Assembly: GCA_965215565.1 (NCBI GenBank)
Contig: CBDCDZ010000004.1
Coordinates: 4,256,001-4,320,000, forward strand
Direction of reading: 5' to 3'
Origin: Trueperaceae bacterium
GTDB taxonomy: Bacteria > Deinococcota > Deinococci > Deinococcales > Trueperaceae
Length of the DNA stretch: 64,000 nucleotides
Position numbers and translations under genes: made by a program. The notes under the pieces were generated by a model. The model had not been told where the DNA came from, ran no database searches, and was given only the letters and a program-made list of their open reading frames with translations. Of the stretch, positions 48,604 through 58,147 are shown one piece after another. The number at the start of each line of letters is the position of its first letter. Within the stretch, counting starts at the first letter, position 1.

Positions 48604-49911
48604 TTACTCCAAGAGGTCGGTGGGCGTCATCTGGTCAACGAAGATGAGGGCGTCATATTCTTTTGGAAGTTGCCTTTTCGAAAAGGAGAGCTGATAATGA
48701 TTGGCGATGGTTCCGATGACCGTCCGCGTATCTCGAGGGGCTGCGAGCCACGCGGCTTGTCCCTGCTCCCCCGCGCGCAAATCGAGTAGGAAAAGAGGTC
48801 GCCCTAGCGTGTGAAAAACGCCCTCGACGCTCCTCGCAGGTGCGTCTTCTACCTGGTAAACCTGGGGCTCCTCTCCGCTTCGAGGCTGCGCTTGGAAGTC
48901 TCCGCCATAAAAAGTGAAGCCGAGTGACATATAATCCTCACCGAACGTTTTAGAAAGCCGCTCGCCCATGACGGTAATCGGTTCTTGATGCCATTCCTTA
49001 ATGTGAGCGTTGTGCGCCCAAAGGATAGCTTTGGCTTCAGGATTTTGGGACAGGACCCATTCAACATTGGCGGCCATGCGCTCATCGCGTACGGTGTCGC
49101 CTGATACAGATTTGTCTAGCCTCGCGAGTTCATATTCGGCACCTTGCAGGACGATGCGGGCGTTCTGAAGTGCCCAGGCGACTTCACTTTGATCCGCCTC
49201 TAAATACGTTGCTTGGCTGTCGTTAAGGTGCGTTAGCACCCGCTGGGCTGCGTCTTGCCAGGCTCTTAGCTCGCTCTCCTCCGCGTCCCGGTCCTCGCTT
49301 TGCAAAAATACGCGCTCAACTGTTTTGTAAGCATTGTCTAGCTGAGCCAAGTAAGCGGAGTCGTGCGCTGCAACGAAGGTGCGCACCTCTTCTGTCGCCA
49401 CAGTTGGTGTTTGCATGTCAAAACCTGTGAACTGCATCACTCCCCGCCCTGAGGCGTTGAACTCACGCATCCAGAGAATCATGTCCAAGACCTCTTGCGT
49501 ATTCCACATCCAAAGACGGTGTATATCGCGCAAAAGTTCTTCGGGATCGCCCTCGCCCGTCAGTACGTATTCGTTGACGCGGTACGCCTCAGGCATATTC
49601 GCCTCGATGGAGAAGATAGTAAAGTCCATCTCTTCGGCTAAGAACTGGACGACGCGGTGTTTGATCGTGAAGAACTCGCTGGTGCCGTGCGTGGCTTCAC
49701 CTAGCGCGACGATACGAGCGCCTCCGACGATGTCTCTAAGCGGCTCGAGGTCCTCATTATTCTCAGTAGGAATCGCGCTTTGAAGCGGGTGCGCGTGCTC
49801 GCGCAGCCAAGCGAGGAGTTCGGCGGGCGGCTTAGGCGCTTCACGCCCCCCGGCTGTCTGAGCAAAGACCGTACCAAGCGCTATGAGTAAAAGTGCGGTT
49901 AAAACTCGCAT
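48604..49911 (-). CDS. Exported erythromycin-esterase family protein
   Basis: LGEATHGT.EF, GFDMQ, RD..MA.N, WAHNAHI. Confidence 0.9.
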   Translation of the reverse strand: MRVLTALLLIALGTVFAQTAGGREAPKPPAELLAWLREHAHPLQSAIPTENNEDLEPLRDIVGGARIVALGEATHGTSEFFTIKHRVVQFLAEEMDFTIFSIEANMPEAYRVNEYVLTGEGDPEELLRDIHRLWMWNTQEVLDMILWMREFNASGRGVMQFTGFDMQTPTVATEEVRTFVAAHDSAYLAQLDNAYKTVERVFLQSEDRDAEESELRAWQDAAQRVLTHLNDSQATYLEADQSEVAWALQNARIVLQGAEYELARLDKSVSGDTVRDERMAANVEWVLSQNPEAKAILWAHNAHIKEWHQEPITVMGERLSKTFGEDYMSLGFTFYGGDFQAQPRSGEEPQVYQVEDAPARSVEGVFHTLGRPLFLLDLRAGEQGQAAWLAAPRDTRTVIGTIANHYQLSFSKRQLPKEYDALIFVDQMTPTDLLE

Positions 49912-49948
49912 GAATATCCTCTCAGGGCTCGAGCTTTAGAACTACCAG

Positions 49949-50389
49949 CTATCCGCTACCGACGCCCCCGTCACTCGCAGAGAGCCCCAAAGCGTTCGCT
50001 TCCTCTATCAGCTTTACGTCGAGCGAGTAAATTGCGTCTGCGCCGCTGTTGGCTGCTACGGCTAGATGCAGCGCGTCGGGACCTCGGAGGCTCGAGCCCT
50101 GACGCAGGATGAAGCTCGAGGCGAGCGCGTAATCTGCTTGCGATGGAACAAGGACGGAGAAAGATTCATCCACTTCCTTCTGAAACGTGTTGACGATGGT
50201 TTCGAGGATCCCTTGTTTAAGCTCGCCCATCCGCTTTCTGCGTGAAAGCAAGCTGGCGAACTCTACGCTTACAAACGAACTGATCGCAAATTCTCCAGGG
50301 GTAGAGGCAACAAAGATGGATATAACCTGCTTGCTCGTCGCTTCTTTAAGATAGAAAGGGACGAGGAAGCTCGTGTCCAGATAGGTCAA
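49949..50389 (-). CDS. vapC: VapC PIN-domain toxin
   Basis: YLDTS...E...LR..DALHLA.A...SLD. Confidence 0.9.
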   Translation of the reverse strand: MTYLDTSFLVPFYLKEATSKQVISIFVASTPGEFAISSFVSVEFASLLSRRKRMGELKQGILETIVNTFQKEVDESFSVLVPSQADYALASSFILRQGSSLRGPDALHLAVAANSGADAIYSLDVKLIEEANALGLSASDGGVGSG

Positions 50390-50643
50390 TAGCGTGCCTC
50401 GTCACGTAGGATTATGAGGGTCTCGAGACTGCTCGTTTTTGCATCGGGCTGAGAGGCGAGGAGTTCGGTGTGGGAGGCAAAAGGTTTAAGGGCTTTCCTC
50501 GCTGGCGAGAGGGTAGCGACAGGCTTGCCGCGCCGCGTAATTGTGATCTCTTCACCCTCTTCGACTCGCGTCAATATCTCGCTAAGTTTAGCCTTTGCTT
50601 CGGCTACGCTGACTTCTACGTTGCTGCGCTCTTGGTCAACCAT
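50386..50643 (-). CDS. Phd/YefM antitoxin
   Basis: SVAEAKAKLSE.L.RVE.GEE..ITRRGKPVA. Confidence 0.92.
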   Translation of the reverse strand: MVDQERSNVEVSVAEAKAKLSEILTRVEEGEEITITRRGKPVATLSPARKALKPFASHTELLASQPDAKTSSLETLIILRDEARY

Positions 50644-50719
50644 ATGACTATTTTAGCATGACCGAGCAAGACGGCTTAAATGGGGGAGGGGTGCTTGCTC
50701 GTGTGCTACACTCACCTCA

Positions 50720-51475
50720 ATGCCTAATATTACTCACCTTGACCAACATACTCAGGACTTCACCCAGAGTTTCACCGTCACCTCGTCTCACTTCACAGGT
50801 ACGTTAGGCGAACTCGCCCACGCGCTACGCTCCGGGCGCGTCACGCCCGCGCAAGTTGACCTCTTTAAGCTGGTGAAGGAGTATTTAGCGTACTACCATC
50901 ACCTCTCCGAGCGGAGCTTAGACCTCGCCACCGAGACCTTGCCGATGCTCGCGCGCATCGTCGAACTCAAGGTGCGCTTACTCTTGCCTCGTCCGCCCAA
51001 GGAAGAGGACGAGGAGGAACTAGAGGAGGTCTTAGAAGCCGTCATGCTCTTAGAGGAGTTCGAAGACGCCATCGCCTTTTTGCAGAAGCGCCGCGTCGAG
51101 CGGCGTTTTCTCATGAGCGCGAAAGCGCCCCGCCCGAGCTATACGCGGCGCGCGCGTCCGCTCAGGGTGAAGTTAGAGGGTTTGAGCGACATCGCTTCGC
51201 GCTTTAGAACTACCTCTTACTTCGAACTCACCGCGCCGCGCTTGACGATGGCAGACGCCGTCGCTAAGCTCCGTGAGACCTTGCGACGTGCCCGGCGCGG
51301 CTTCTTCCGCGACATCGTCGCGGCGAGCTGGTCTACGGCGGACTGGGCGACGCAAGTGGTGAGCTTTGCAGGCTTTTTAGAACTCGTTAAAGAGGGCGAA
51401 GTTCAGGCGACGCAGGATGAACCTTATGGTCCCATCGAACTCGAAGAGGTCACGCAGGTGCGTGACGTCGCTTAA
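50720..51475 (+). CDS. scpA: Segregation/condensation protein A
   Basis: F.G.L..L, ELK.RLLLP, F...LELVK.G.V...Q.EPYG.I. Confidence 0.85.
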   Translation: MPNITHLDQHTQDFTQSFTVTSSHFTGTLGELAHALRSGRVTPAQVDLFKLVKEYLAYYHHLSERSLDLATETLPMLARIVELKVRLLLPRPPKEEDEEELEEVLEAVMLLEEFEDAIAFLQKRRVERRFLMSAKAPRPSYTRRARPLRVKLEGLSDIASRFRTTSYFELTAPRLTMADAVAKLRETLRRARRGFFRDIVAASWSTADWATQVVSFAGFLELVKEGEVQATQDEPYGPIELEEVTQVRDVA

Positions 51476-51522
51476 CGAGTTTCTCAATCAGTAGTGGCTC
51501 TATCTGAAATGATGCTGATGTC

Positions 51523-51546
51523 GTAGCAAGGGGTTTCAACCCCTTG
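51523..51546. repeat. GTAG-type REP-like palindrome
   Basis: GTAG followed by the CAAGGGGT/ACCCCTTG stem. Confidence 0.55.
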
Positions 51547-51705
51547 TTCATTACATGGAGATGGTAGAAAGAGCACATGGTGGCATTTGACTTAGAACCA
51601 CCATCTCTCACATTTGACACCTCTTCCTTCGTCCCCCTACTTCTCCATGCCTTACAGTCACCGCCGCACCTCAGCACGTAGGCTAGGACCAAAGGGGTGA
51701 AACGA

Positions 51706-52368
51706 ATGGCGACACCAAATGAAGGTACGCACGTCAAATTCAGTCAACTCGTCCGGGACGATACGCTCTTAAAACCACGCTTGGAAACCGAGACGTTGCA
51801 GCAGGATATAGAGACGATCCAAGCCGCGTACAGGGACAGGATTACAAGCATTTACGAGAGCGTTTCGGAGGCGATTGGCGAGGCACGGGACCCGCTCGAG
51901 CAGGGCACCCTCACCGGTCTCAACGGGGAGATGAGCGACGACACCTTTAGCCTCGACGCGCTTGTCGCCGAGTTGTCCGGTGAAGAGGTTCAAGACGCGA
52001 GTAGTCAAGAGTATCAAGATATTTTGGTGCGCACTGTAGATGAGGACGACATCCCCGACATTCACTTTCTCGCCTTTATGGACTCGAAGACCTTTTACGG
52101 TAAGTCGGGGAGCGTCGGCGAAGAGGAGAACAACCGGAGCTACTTGGAGATGCGCACCGAGATGCGCCGCGTCAAGGAGCAGCTAGCGCGGGCGCGGGAA
52201 AACGGCGATGAGGTTGAAGAGGCGGAGCTTGAGCGCGTTTTCGAGTCGCTGCAAGCGGGGTTGCGCTCAGGCGAGCCCTCCGCATCGGGACCCAAGACGG
52301 GCAAGAAGAACGCCGACATGATTCAAGACCCACCCGCTGAAAGCTATGCGGAGCGCAAGTCGGGCTGA
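51706..52368 (+). CDS. Acidic hypothetical protein with coiled coil
   Basis: 220-codon ORF, AGGGGTGA RBS, genome-like codon usage. Confidence 0.7.
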   Translation: MATPNEGTHVKFSQLVRDDTLLKPRLETETLQQDIETIQAAYRDRITSIYESVSEAIGEARDPLEQGTLTGLNGEMSDDTFSLDALVAELSGEEVQDASSQEYQDILVRTVDEDDIPDIHFLAFMDSKTFYGKSGSVGEEENNRSYLEMRTEMRRVKEQLARARENGDEVEEAELERVFESLQAGLRSGEPSASGPKTGKKNADMIQDPPAESYAERKSG

Positions 52369-52517
52369 GCGCTAAAGGCGTTGGAGACGGCATCTTTAGC
52401 TGAATTCGTGTCAAGAATGAACTGTTGGCTCGAGGCTACTCAGTACATTCCGACAAGGGGTAGCTACCCCTTGTTTCAACTTGTAGAGCACCACACTCCA
52501 GAGCGAAAGAGGTCAGC

Positions 52518-52850
52518 ATGGCGAAAGCGGCGTACAGTATCGTCTTATGGCTCAACGTGCCGGGTCCGCAGGCGAAGCAAGAGGAAGAGGTCGAGTACTT
52601 GAGCGAACGTGGTGAGAAGCCGGGCGCGCAGTCGCACGTGTTCAATGCGCCCGCCGCCACGCGGCTCGTGTACGGCTCGTACGAGACGCACGAGGAGGCG
52701 CGCTCAGCGTTGACGGAACTAGAGTCTTTGCTCGCACGGGACCAAGCGGTCCACGTCGGCGACGAAAAGGACGAACGCGGAGCGCTCTACCTCATTCCGG
52801 CCAAGAGCATCTATTACGCGGTTTTAGCGGCGACACAGCACGCAGACTAA
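52518..52850 (+). CDS. Hypothetical protein
   Basis: 110 aa, GAGGT RBS. Confidence 0.7.
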   Translation: MAKAAYSIVLWLNVPGPQAKQEEEVEYLSERGEKPGAQSHVFNAPAATRLVYGSYETHEEARSALTELESLLARDQAVHVGDEKDERGALYLIPAKSIYYAVLAATQHAD

Positions 52851-52886
52851 GCTGCTGGGGTCGTCGCGTTTCGGCCCATATACCTC

Positions 52887-53135
52887 TTAGCTTTGGCTTA
52901 GGTCGTCGTTTATGAAGTCCCACGGAATTTCTCTCTTAAACACCGCGATCGACTTCTCCACTAGCTCGAGGGGTAAATCACGTTTGTAAAGCGTGACTTC
53001 ACGGGCTTTCTTTGTGTCGTCGCGAAAAATTTCTAAAACCAGTTCTTCGCCGAGATATATCTCAACACCGATGCCATCTCGGTGGAGAACATCGCTGGCG
53101 ATTACGACGCTGATTTCTTTAGCATTGCTTGCCAT
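52887..53135 (-). CDS. Hypothetical protein
   Basis: 82 aa with globular-looking composition. Confidence 0.65.
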   Translation of the reverse strand: MASNAKEISVVIASDVLHRDGIGVEIYLGEELVLEIFRDDTKKAREVTLYKRDLPLELVEKSIAVFKREIPWDFINDDLSQS

Positions 53136-53170
53136 ATTGACTCGTAGTAGTGCAAACTCGTTACCTTTTA

Positions 53171-54223
53171 CTACAAAATCTCCTCCGCCACCTCTACCCG
53201 TAAAAGCGCCCGCACATTCTCGATCTGGTTCGCGATCATCGCTACCTCCGAGCCCGCGAAGAGGAGCCCCACCGCGACGTTGTCTAGCGTCGTTACGAGC
53301 GAGCCCGAATCGCCGCCCGCCGACATGTTTGTGGTGATGATCTGGTCTACGAACCGCGCCACTGCGCCCCCGCCGTAATTCACGTCTACCATGGCGTCAA
53401 TCACTGTGATACGCCCGGTGGTATAGCGCGTGGTGCGCCCTGTCTTCTGCACGACTGTTCCTACCGTCACGTCCTCCTTGCGCCGCCAACCGCGCACGTG
53501 ACCCGTCCAATAAACCTCGCGGTTCAAGAGGTCGAAAGGACCTTCGGCGATGGCGGCGTCCACGAGGTTATTATGCTCTTCTAGCGGAACGGGTGGGCTC
53601 AAGCGAATCGGGATGAAGCGCGTCAGGTTGGCGATGCGGTCCGCCGGATCGGTGCCGCCGTCCGCCGTGCCGGGTTGCAGGATAGGGTCGCCGATTGAGG
53701 CGGCGTTGCTGTTCGCAATCACGTGGTTGTTGCTGAGGAGGTAGTAGCGGTTGGGGACGCCCACACCCGGCTGCGGCGGCGTGACAGTCCCGCCGGGCAA
53801 GATGTCGTAGACGCAGGTGCCGAGCGTCCCAGCCGACACGTCGGGGTGGCTGACGCTGTAGCCGCCCTTGGCGGGACGCACGCGCATCGTAAGCTCTTGG
53901 GTGATAGGTGCGGGGAAGACCCCCCTAGCGAAAGGGTACGCGAAGGGGAAGCCGATGGCGAGCACGTCGGTCTGCATTCCCGAGAGTTCAGCCGGGATGA
54001 GGTCGGTTTTGTTCAGCACACTTTTCTCTAACTTCTGCGTGACGAGAACCACGAGCGCAGGGTCACCTGTAGGTTCCCCGCCGCGCCACTTCACGCCGAC
54101 GCCCATCCCGACGACGTTGGCGGTCCTACCGTTTATGAAGTCAGGGCGCGCCTCCTGCCCCGCTCTTCTAACCTCGCGGAGCGCTTTGGCGGACAGGGTG
54201 AGTTTTTTGGCGTCGATGCTCAT
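53171..54223 (-). CDS. Cytoplasmic trypsin-like (Nal1-type) serine protease
   Basis: GTLG, SNNHV (His), VDAA (Asp), K.GRTT..T.G, GDSGS (Ser), GLLFAG; no signal peptide. Confidence 0.88.
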   Translation of the reverse strand: MSIDAKKLTLSAKALREVRRAGQEARPDFINGRTANVVGMGVGVKWRGGEPTGDPALVVLVTQKLEKSVLNKTDLIPAELSGMQTDVLAIGFPFAYPFARGVFPAPITQELTMRVRPAKGGYSVSHPDVSAGTLGTCVYDILPGGTVTPPQPGVGVPNRYYLLSNNHVIANSNAASIGDPILQPGTADGGTDPADRIANLTRFIPIRLSPPVPLEEHNNLVDAAIAEGPFDLLNREVYWTGHVRGWRRKEDVTVGTVVQKTGRTTRYTTGRITVIDAMVDVNYGGGAVARFVDQIITTNMSAGGDSGSLVTTLDNVAVGLLFAGSEVAMIANQIENVRALLRVEVAEEIL

Positions 54224-54456
54224 GACGCCTCTGCGCTGTGGGCGCTCACAACGCCCATCTCTTCGACGTCGCAGGGGACGCCCTCCACCTCGCGCGGCAC
54301 CCGTTCCGACGCCGAAAGCGTCTCTAAAGGCAGCTTGCGCACCACGAAGACCTTGATGACCTGTGATCCAGCTCGTTCACCGACGCCAACGCCCGTCACG
54401 TTGGGCAGCGCCATCAGCTCGGCGGCGTGTCTCTTGCTGACCTCTTTTACGTCCAT
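54220..54456 (-). CDS. Small protein homologous to the N-terminal domain of the adjacent protease
   Basis: NVTGVGVG...VFV.RKL....L.....P....G...DV...G; GAGGAG RBS; ATGA overlap. Confidence 0.8.
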   Translation of the reverse strand: MDVKEVSKRHAAELMALPNVTGVGVGERAGSQVIKVFVVRKLPLETLSASERVPREVEGVPCDVEEMGVVSAHSAEAS

Positions 54457-54711
54457 GTGGGTCTCCTCATAGCTGGATGCGAGATGACGAGTGGGCACGG
54501 CGGCACAGTCAATGGTGTGGCAACTGGTGTCGCAACTGCCGTGATGCGGGGGTAACGACGACGTTGCGCGGAACGGTCTTGATAGTCTACTTCTTTCTAC
54601 AAACGGATGTGAAATTCAAATCGATGTGAAATTTAGGGCGAGAGGTTTACGCGCGGCTCGCAAGGCTGCGCGCGCTACGTGATAGACTGGGAGGGTTAGA
54701 GGAGTAGTATT

Positions 54712-56766
54712 ATGAACCCGCTGTTATCTCGAGACTTTCGCATCCCTTTTGACAAAATCAAACCCGAACATATCGAACCCGGCATCCAAGAGGCGTTGGC
54801 GCAGGCGCAGAAGGACCTGGACAAGCTGACCGCTCTTCCCGGCGTGCGCACCTATGAGAATACGGTTCAGGCGCTCGACATTCTAGAGGAGCGCCTAGAC
54901 CGCGCGGTGGGTCTCGCGTATCACCTCACTTCGGTGGTGAGCAGTCCCGAGCTGCGCACTGCGTACAACGCCGTCCTGCCTGAGTTTTCCGCCTTCTACG
55001 CCAAGTTGCCGCTCAATGACGCGCTGTGGCGTGCTCTCAAGGAGTACAGCGAAACGTCCGAAGCGGCAGCCTTGACGGGTATTCGCAAGCGCCACCTGGA
55101 CAAGCTCGTGCAGAGCTTCGTGCGCGCGGGCGCGGATTTGCCTACGGACGAAAAGTCCAGGGCGGAAGCCATCAAGATCGAACTCTCACAGCTCCACACC
55201 AAGTTCGCTGAGAACGTTCTAGACGCCACGAACGTCTTTGAACTTATCGTTACAGACGAAGCCGAGCTGTCGGGCTTGCCCGATTCCGCCCTGCGGCAAG
55301 CTAAAGCGAGCGCCGAGGCGAAAGGTGCAAGCGGCTACCGCTTCACGTTGCAAGCGCCCTCGCTCGTGCCCTTTTTGCAGTACGCCGACAACCGCGAATT
55401 GCGCCAGAAACTCCAGAGCGCCTATGTGAGCCGCGCGTCCGGGGGGGAGATAGACAACAGGCCGCTGCTCGAGCGCATCTTGGCGTTGCGCCGCGAGCTG
55501 GCGCAGCTCATGGGCTACAAGGACTTCGCGGACTACCGCCTGGAAGTCAACATGGTAAAAACGGGCGACGCTGCGGTGCGTTTCGAGCGCGAGCTGTTCG
55601 AAAAAACCGAACCTTTCTGGCGCGAAGAGGTGACTGAACTCACCGAGTTCGCCCGTACGCTGGGTATTGACAATCTGCAACCCTGGGACACCTCCTACGT
55701 CGCTGAGAAGCTCCGCCAGTCGAAGTATGACTTAGACGCTGAGGCGCTTCGCCCTTACTTTCCGGTGGACCGCGTACTCCAGGGGCTCTTCGAGATCGCT
55801 GAGCGCATCTTCGGCGTCACGGTTACGGAGCGCGACATCGAAGAGGTTTGGCATTCCGAGGTCAAGTTCTACGACATTCACGGCGAGAACGGCGTACACT
55901 TGGGCTCCTTTTACGCCGACTGGTTCCCGCGCGAGTCGAAAAACGGCGGCGCGTGGATGAACTCGTTCATTACAGGCGGCCCGCGACGCGCAGATAACGA
56001 AGAGGGGGACGAGGAATTCGAGCCGCATCTGGGGCTTATGGTCGGCAACTTCTCGCCGCCGCAAGCGGGCAAACCTGCGCTCCTGACCCACCGCGAGGTC
56101 GAGACGACGTTTCACGAGTTCGGGCACCTCTTGCACCACTGCTTGTCTCGCGTCGAGATTCCCGCCCGCGCAGGTACCAACGTCTCCCGCGACTGGGTTG
56201 AACTCCCCTCGCAGATGATGGAAAACTGGACTTGGGAGAGGGGCGCTTTAGACCTCTTCGCCAGACATTACGAAACCGGCGAGCCCTTACCCGACGAACT
56301 GTTCCAGAAGATGCAAGCCGCCAGAACGTTCATGGCAGCGAACGCGCAGATGCGCCAGCTCTCGTTCGGCACGGTGGATTTGTCGCTCCACATCGACTAC
56401 GAGCCTGGCACGGGTAGTGACGCGGTCTCGTTCGGCCAGAAGGTGATGGAACCTTTCAGCATCAAACCCGAGTTCGCGCACAACTCCTTCTTGACGGGTT
56501 TCACGCACGTTTTCACAGGCAGTTACGCGGCAGGGTACTACTCCTACAAGTGGTCAGAAGTCCTGGACGCGGACGCCTTTAGCCGCTTTCAAAACGAGGG
56601 CATCTTCAGCCGCGAGACGGGGCGCGACTATGTGAACGCCATCCTCGCGCGCGGCGACAGCGCCGACGCCGCCGAGCTGTTCCGCGAGTTCATGGGACGC
56701 GGCCCTGACGTGGGCGCGCTCCTGCGGCGGAATTTGGGGCGGGAGAAAGTAGCCGCTACGGACTAA
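54712..56766 (+). CDS. prlC: M3 family oligopeptidase A
   Basis: FHEFGH.LH, VELPSQ.ME, Y.AGYYSYKW.EVLDAD. Confidence 0.92.
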   Translation: MNPLLSRDFRIPFDKIKPEHIEPGIQEALAQAQKDLDKLTALPGVRTYENTVQALDILEERLDRAVGLAYHLTSVVSSPELRTAYNAVLPEFSAFYAKLPLNDALWRALKEYSETSEAAALTGIRKRHLDKLVQSFVRAGADLPTDEKSRAEAIKIELSQLHTKFAENVLDATNVFELIVTDEAELSGLPDSALRQAKASAEAKGASGYRFTLQAPSLVPFLQYADNRELRQKLQSAYVSRASGGEIDNRPLLERILALRRELAQLMGYKDFADYRLEVNMVKTGDAAVRFERELFEKTEPFWREEVTELTEFARTLGIDNLQPWDTSYVAEKLRQSKYDLDAEALRPYFPVDRVLQGLFEIAERIFGVTVTERDIEEVWHSEVKFYDIHGENGVHLGSFYADWFPRESKNGGAWMNSFITGGPRRADNEEGDEEFEPHLGLMVGNFSPPQAGKPALLTHREVETTFHEFGHLLHHCLSRVEIPARAGTNVSRDWVELPSQMMENWTWERGALDLFARHYETGEPLPDELFQKMQAARTFMAANAQMRQLSFGTVDLSLHIDYEPGTGSDAVSFGQKVMEPFSIKPEFAHNSFLTGFTHVFTGSYAAGYYSYKWSEVLDADAFSRFQNEGIFSRETGRDYVNAILARGDSADAAELFREFMGRGPDVGALLRRNLGREKVAATD

Positions 56767-56771
56767 GTCCA

Positions 56772-56798
56772 GTAGGGGGATTCATGAATCCCCCCTAC
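56772..56798. repeat. GTAG-type REP palindrome
   Basis: GTAGGGGGATTCATGAATCCCCCCTAC, right after the stop codon. Confidence 0.75.
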
Positions 56799-56878
56799 GC
56801 CGCGCAAACGAAGTTTGTGATGGAGCGAGTGGCGCAGCGGTTGTTTTGAAGCCCCTATATCAGCGCCAACTAAACGTA

Positions 56879-56993
56879 TACAGCAATTCACATAAACACT
56901 GAGCTTGAATCACACAAGTATCATTCTCAAATGTGCGTGCTAGAGCGTGTTTTCTCTTCTCAGATTGGCTCAAACTAAATGATACTTGCTATA
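56879..56993. mobile_element. 115-bp MITE-like repeat family B, copy 2
   Basis: Colinear with 10036-10150; TAAACGTATA direct repeat overlaps both ends (56871-56880, 56992-57001). Confidence 0.8.
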
Positions 56994-57019
56994 AACGTAT
57001 AGTTCTGGGGGCGTTTTGT

Positions 57020-58102
57020 TTAGTCGAGCGCCTCTAAACAGTGAACCTCGTACTCGTTCTCGCAGGGCGGTCCGTCACTCACGTGCATCGTCAGACCGTT
57101 CAGTTCCATCACGACAGAGGTCACGGTTTCGTACCTCTCGAACTCAGGGTCCGAGGTGTCGGGGTGGCGGCAGATGGAGTTGGGGTGCCCCTGGTGGTCG
57201 CGGAGCCGCGCTTTGACCTCTTCGGCGCTGAAGGCGGGATGATAGCGAAAGAGCGCGCTGAGGCGCGCTTGACGCTCGTAAGACTGCGGGCGGTGCTCGT
57301 CTTCGGGAGGTTCGACGACGCCCGCTGCTTCTGGCTCGAGGAAGTGGTTCGCGTGAACGAGGACGCCTCCCTCCGGTGCTGGCTCGTAAAGAACGTCCGG
57401 GGCGGCTTCGATATCGATCAGCTTGTCCGGCGCTTGCGCGATCACGAAATTCGCCGAGCACGCCCGCTTTTCGCCCGTCACAATTGAGAGCGCCTCCTCA
57501 AAGGTCCGCTGCCGCAAGATGTCGTAGCAGCGCACGTGAAAAGGCGTGCGAAAGCTCTGCCAGTCGTCCGCCGTGCTCGTCAAGCCGTTGATAGCGAGCC
57601 CGAGCCGGGCGCTGTTCATGCCTATTTTGCCCCCGACGATGCCTGCCTCGGTGAAGCTCAAGGTCTTCATACCGTCTTCGTGCGCCGCGCGGAGCAGCGC
57701 GCCTTTGACCTGCGGAATCCAGTCCCAGTTTTGCCCGATGAAAAGCTCACGCGCCCCGGTGCGCTCCGGCGCTAGCGCAAACGAGGTGCAGCCGTCCGCT
57801 ACGCCGAACTCGTAATAGAGAAGTTCGTAGCGGATGTTGAGCGCGGTGATGGTAGTCAGGTCCGTGCTCGAGCCCTCCGCCACACCTCGCATGGCGGCGT
57901 AGTAGTCGGGGCTTCTCTCTCGGATAGCGTCCTCGTAAGCACTCGAACGCGCCAAGACCTCCGCTTTTGACAGCCCCACCTCTTCCTCGAAGCGCCTGAA
58001 GTAGACGCCGATATTATGCTGAATCTCGTTTCTAAGCGCCTCGCCGTGCGCGAGCCCTTGCTCGAGCGGCGAGCCGCGCAGTGTGATCATCCGTAGGCTC
58101 AA
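57020..58102 (-). CDS. C45 family Ntn-hydrolase/acyltransferase
   Basis: GCTS autocleavage site, GQNWDW, GMNS, HANH. Confidence 0.9.
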   Translation of the reverse strand: MSLRMITLRGSPLEQGLAHGEALRNEIQHNIGVYFRRFEEEVGLSKAEVLARSSAYEDAIRERSPDYYAAMRGVAEGSSTDLTTITALNIRYELLYYEFGVADGCTSFALAPERTGARELFIGQNWDWIPQVKGALLRAAHEDGMKTLSFTEAGIVGGKIGMNSARLGLAINGLTSTADDWQSFRTPFHVRCYDILRQRTFEEALSIVTGEKRACSANFVIAQAPDKLIDIEAAPDVLYEPAPEGGVLVHANHFLEPEAAGVVEPPEDEHRPQSYERQARLSALFRYHPAFSAEEVKARLRDHQGHPNSICRHPDTSDPEFERYETVTSVVMELNGLTMHVSDGPPCENEYEVHCLEALD

Positions 58103-58147
58103 GGTGCCACCTCCGGCGTCCAGTATGACGCATATCCTTTCGTCCCC

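Noticed and set aside
48604..49911. Macrolide resistance gene (ere)
   Set aside because: Family motifs only; the signal peptide and chromosomal context suggest a generic esterase
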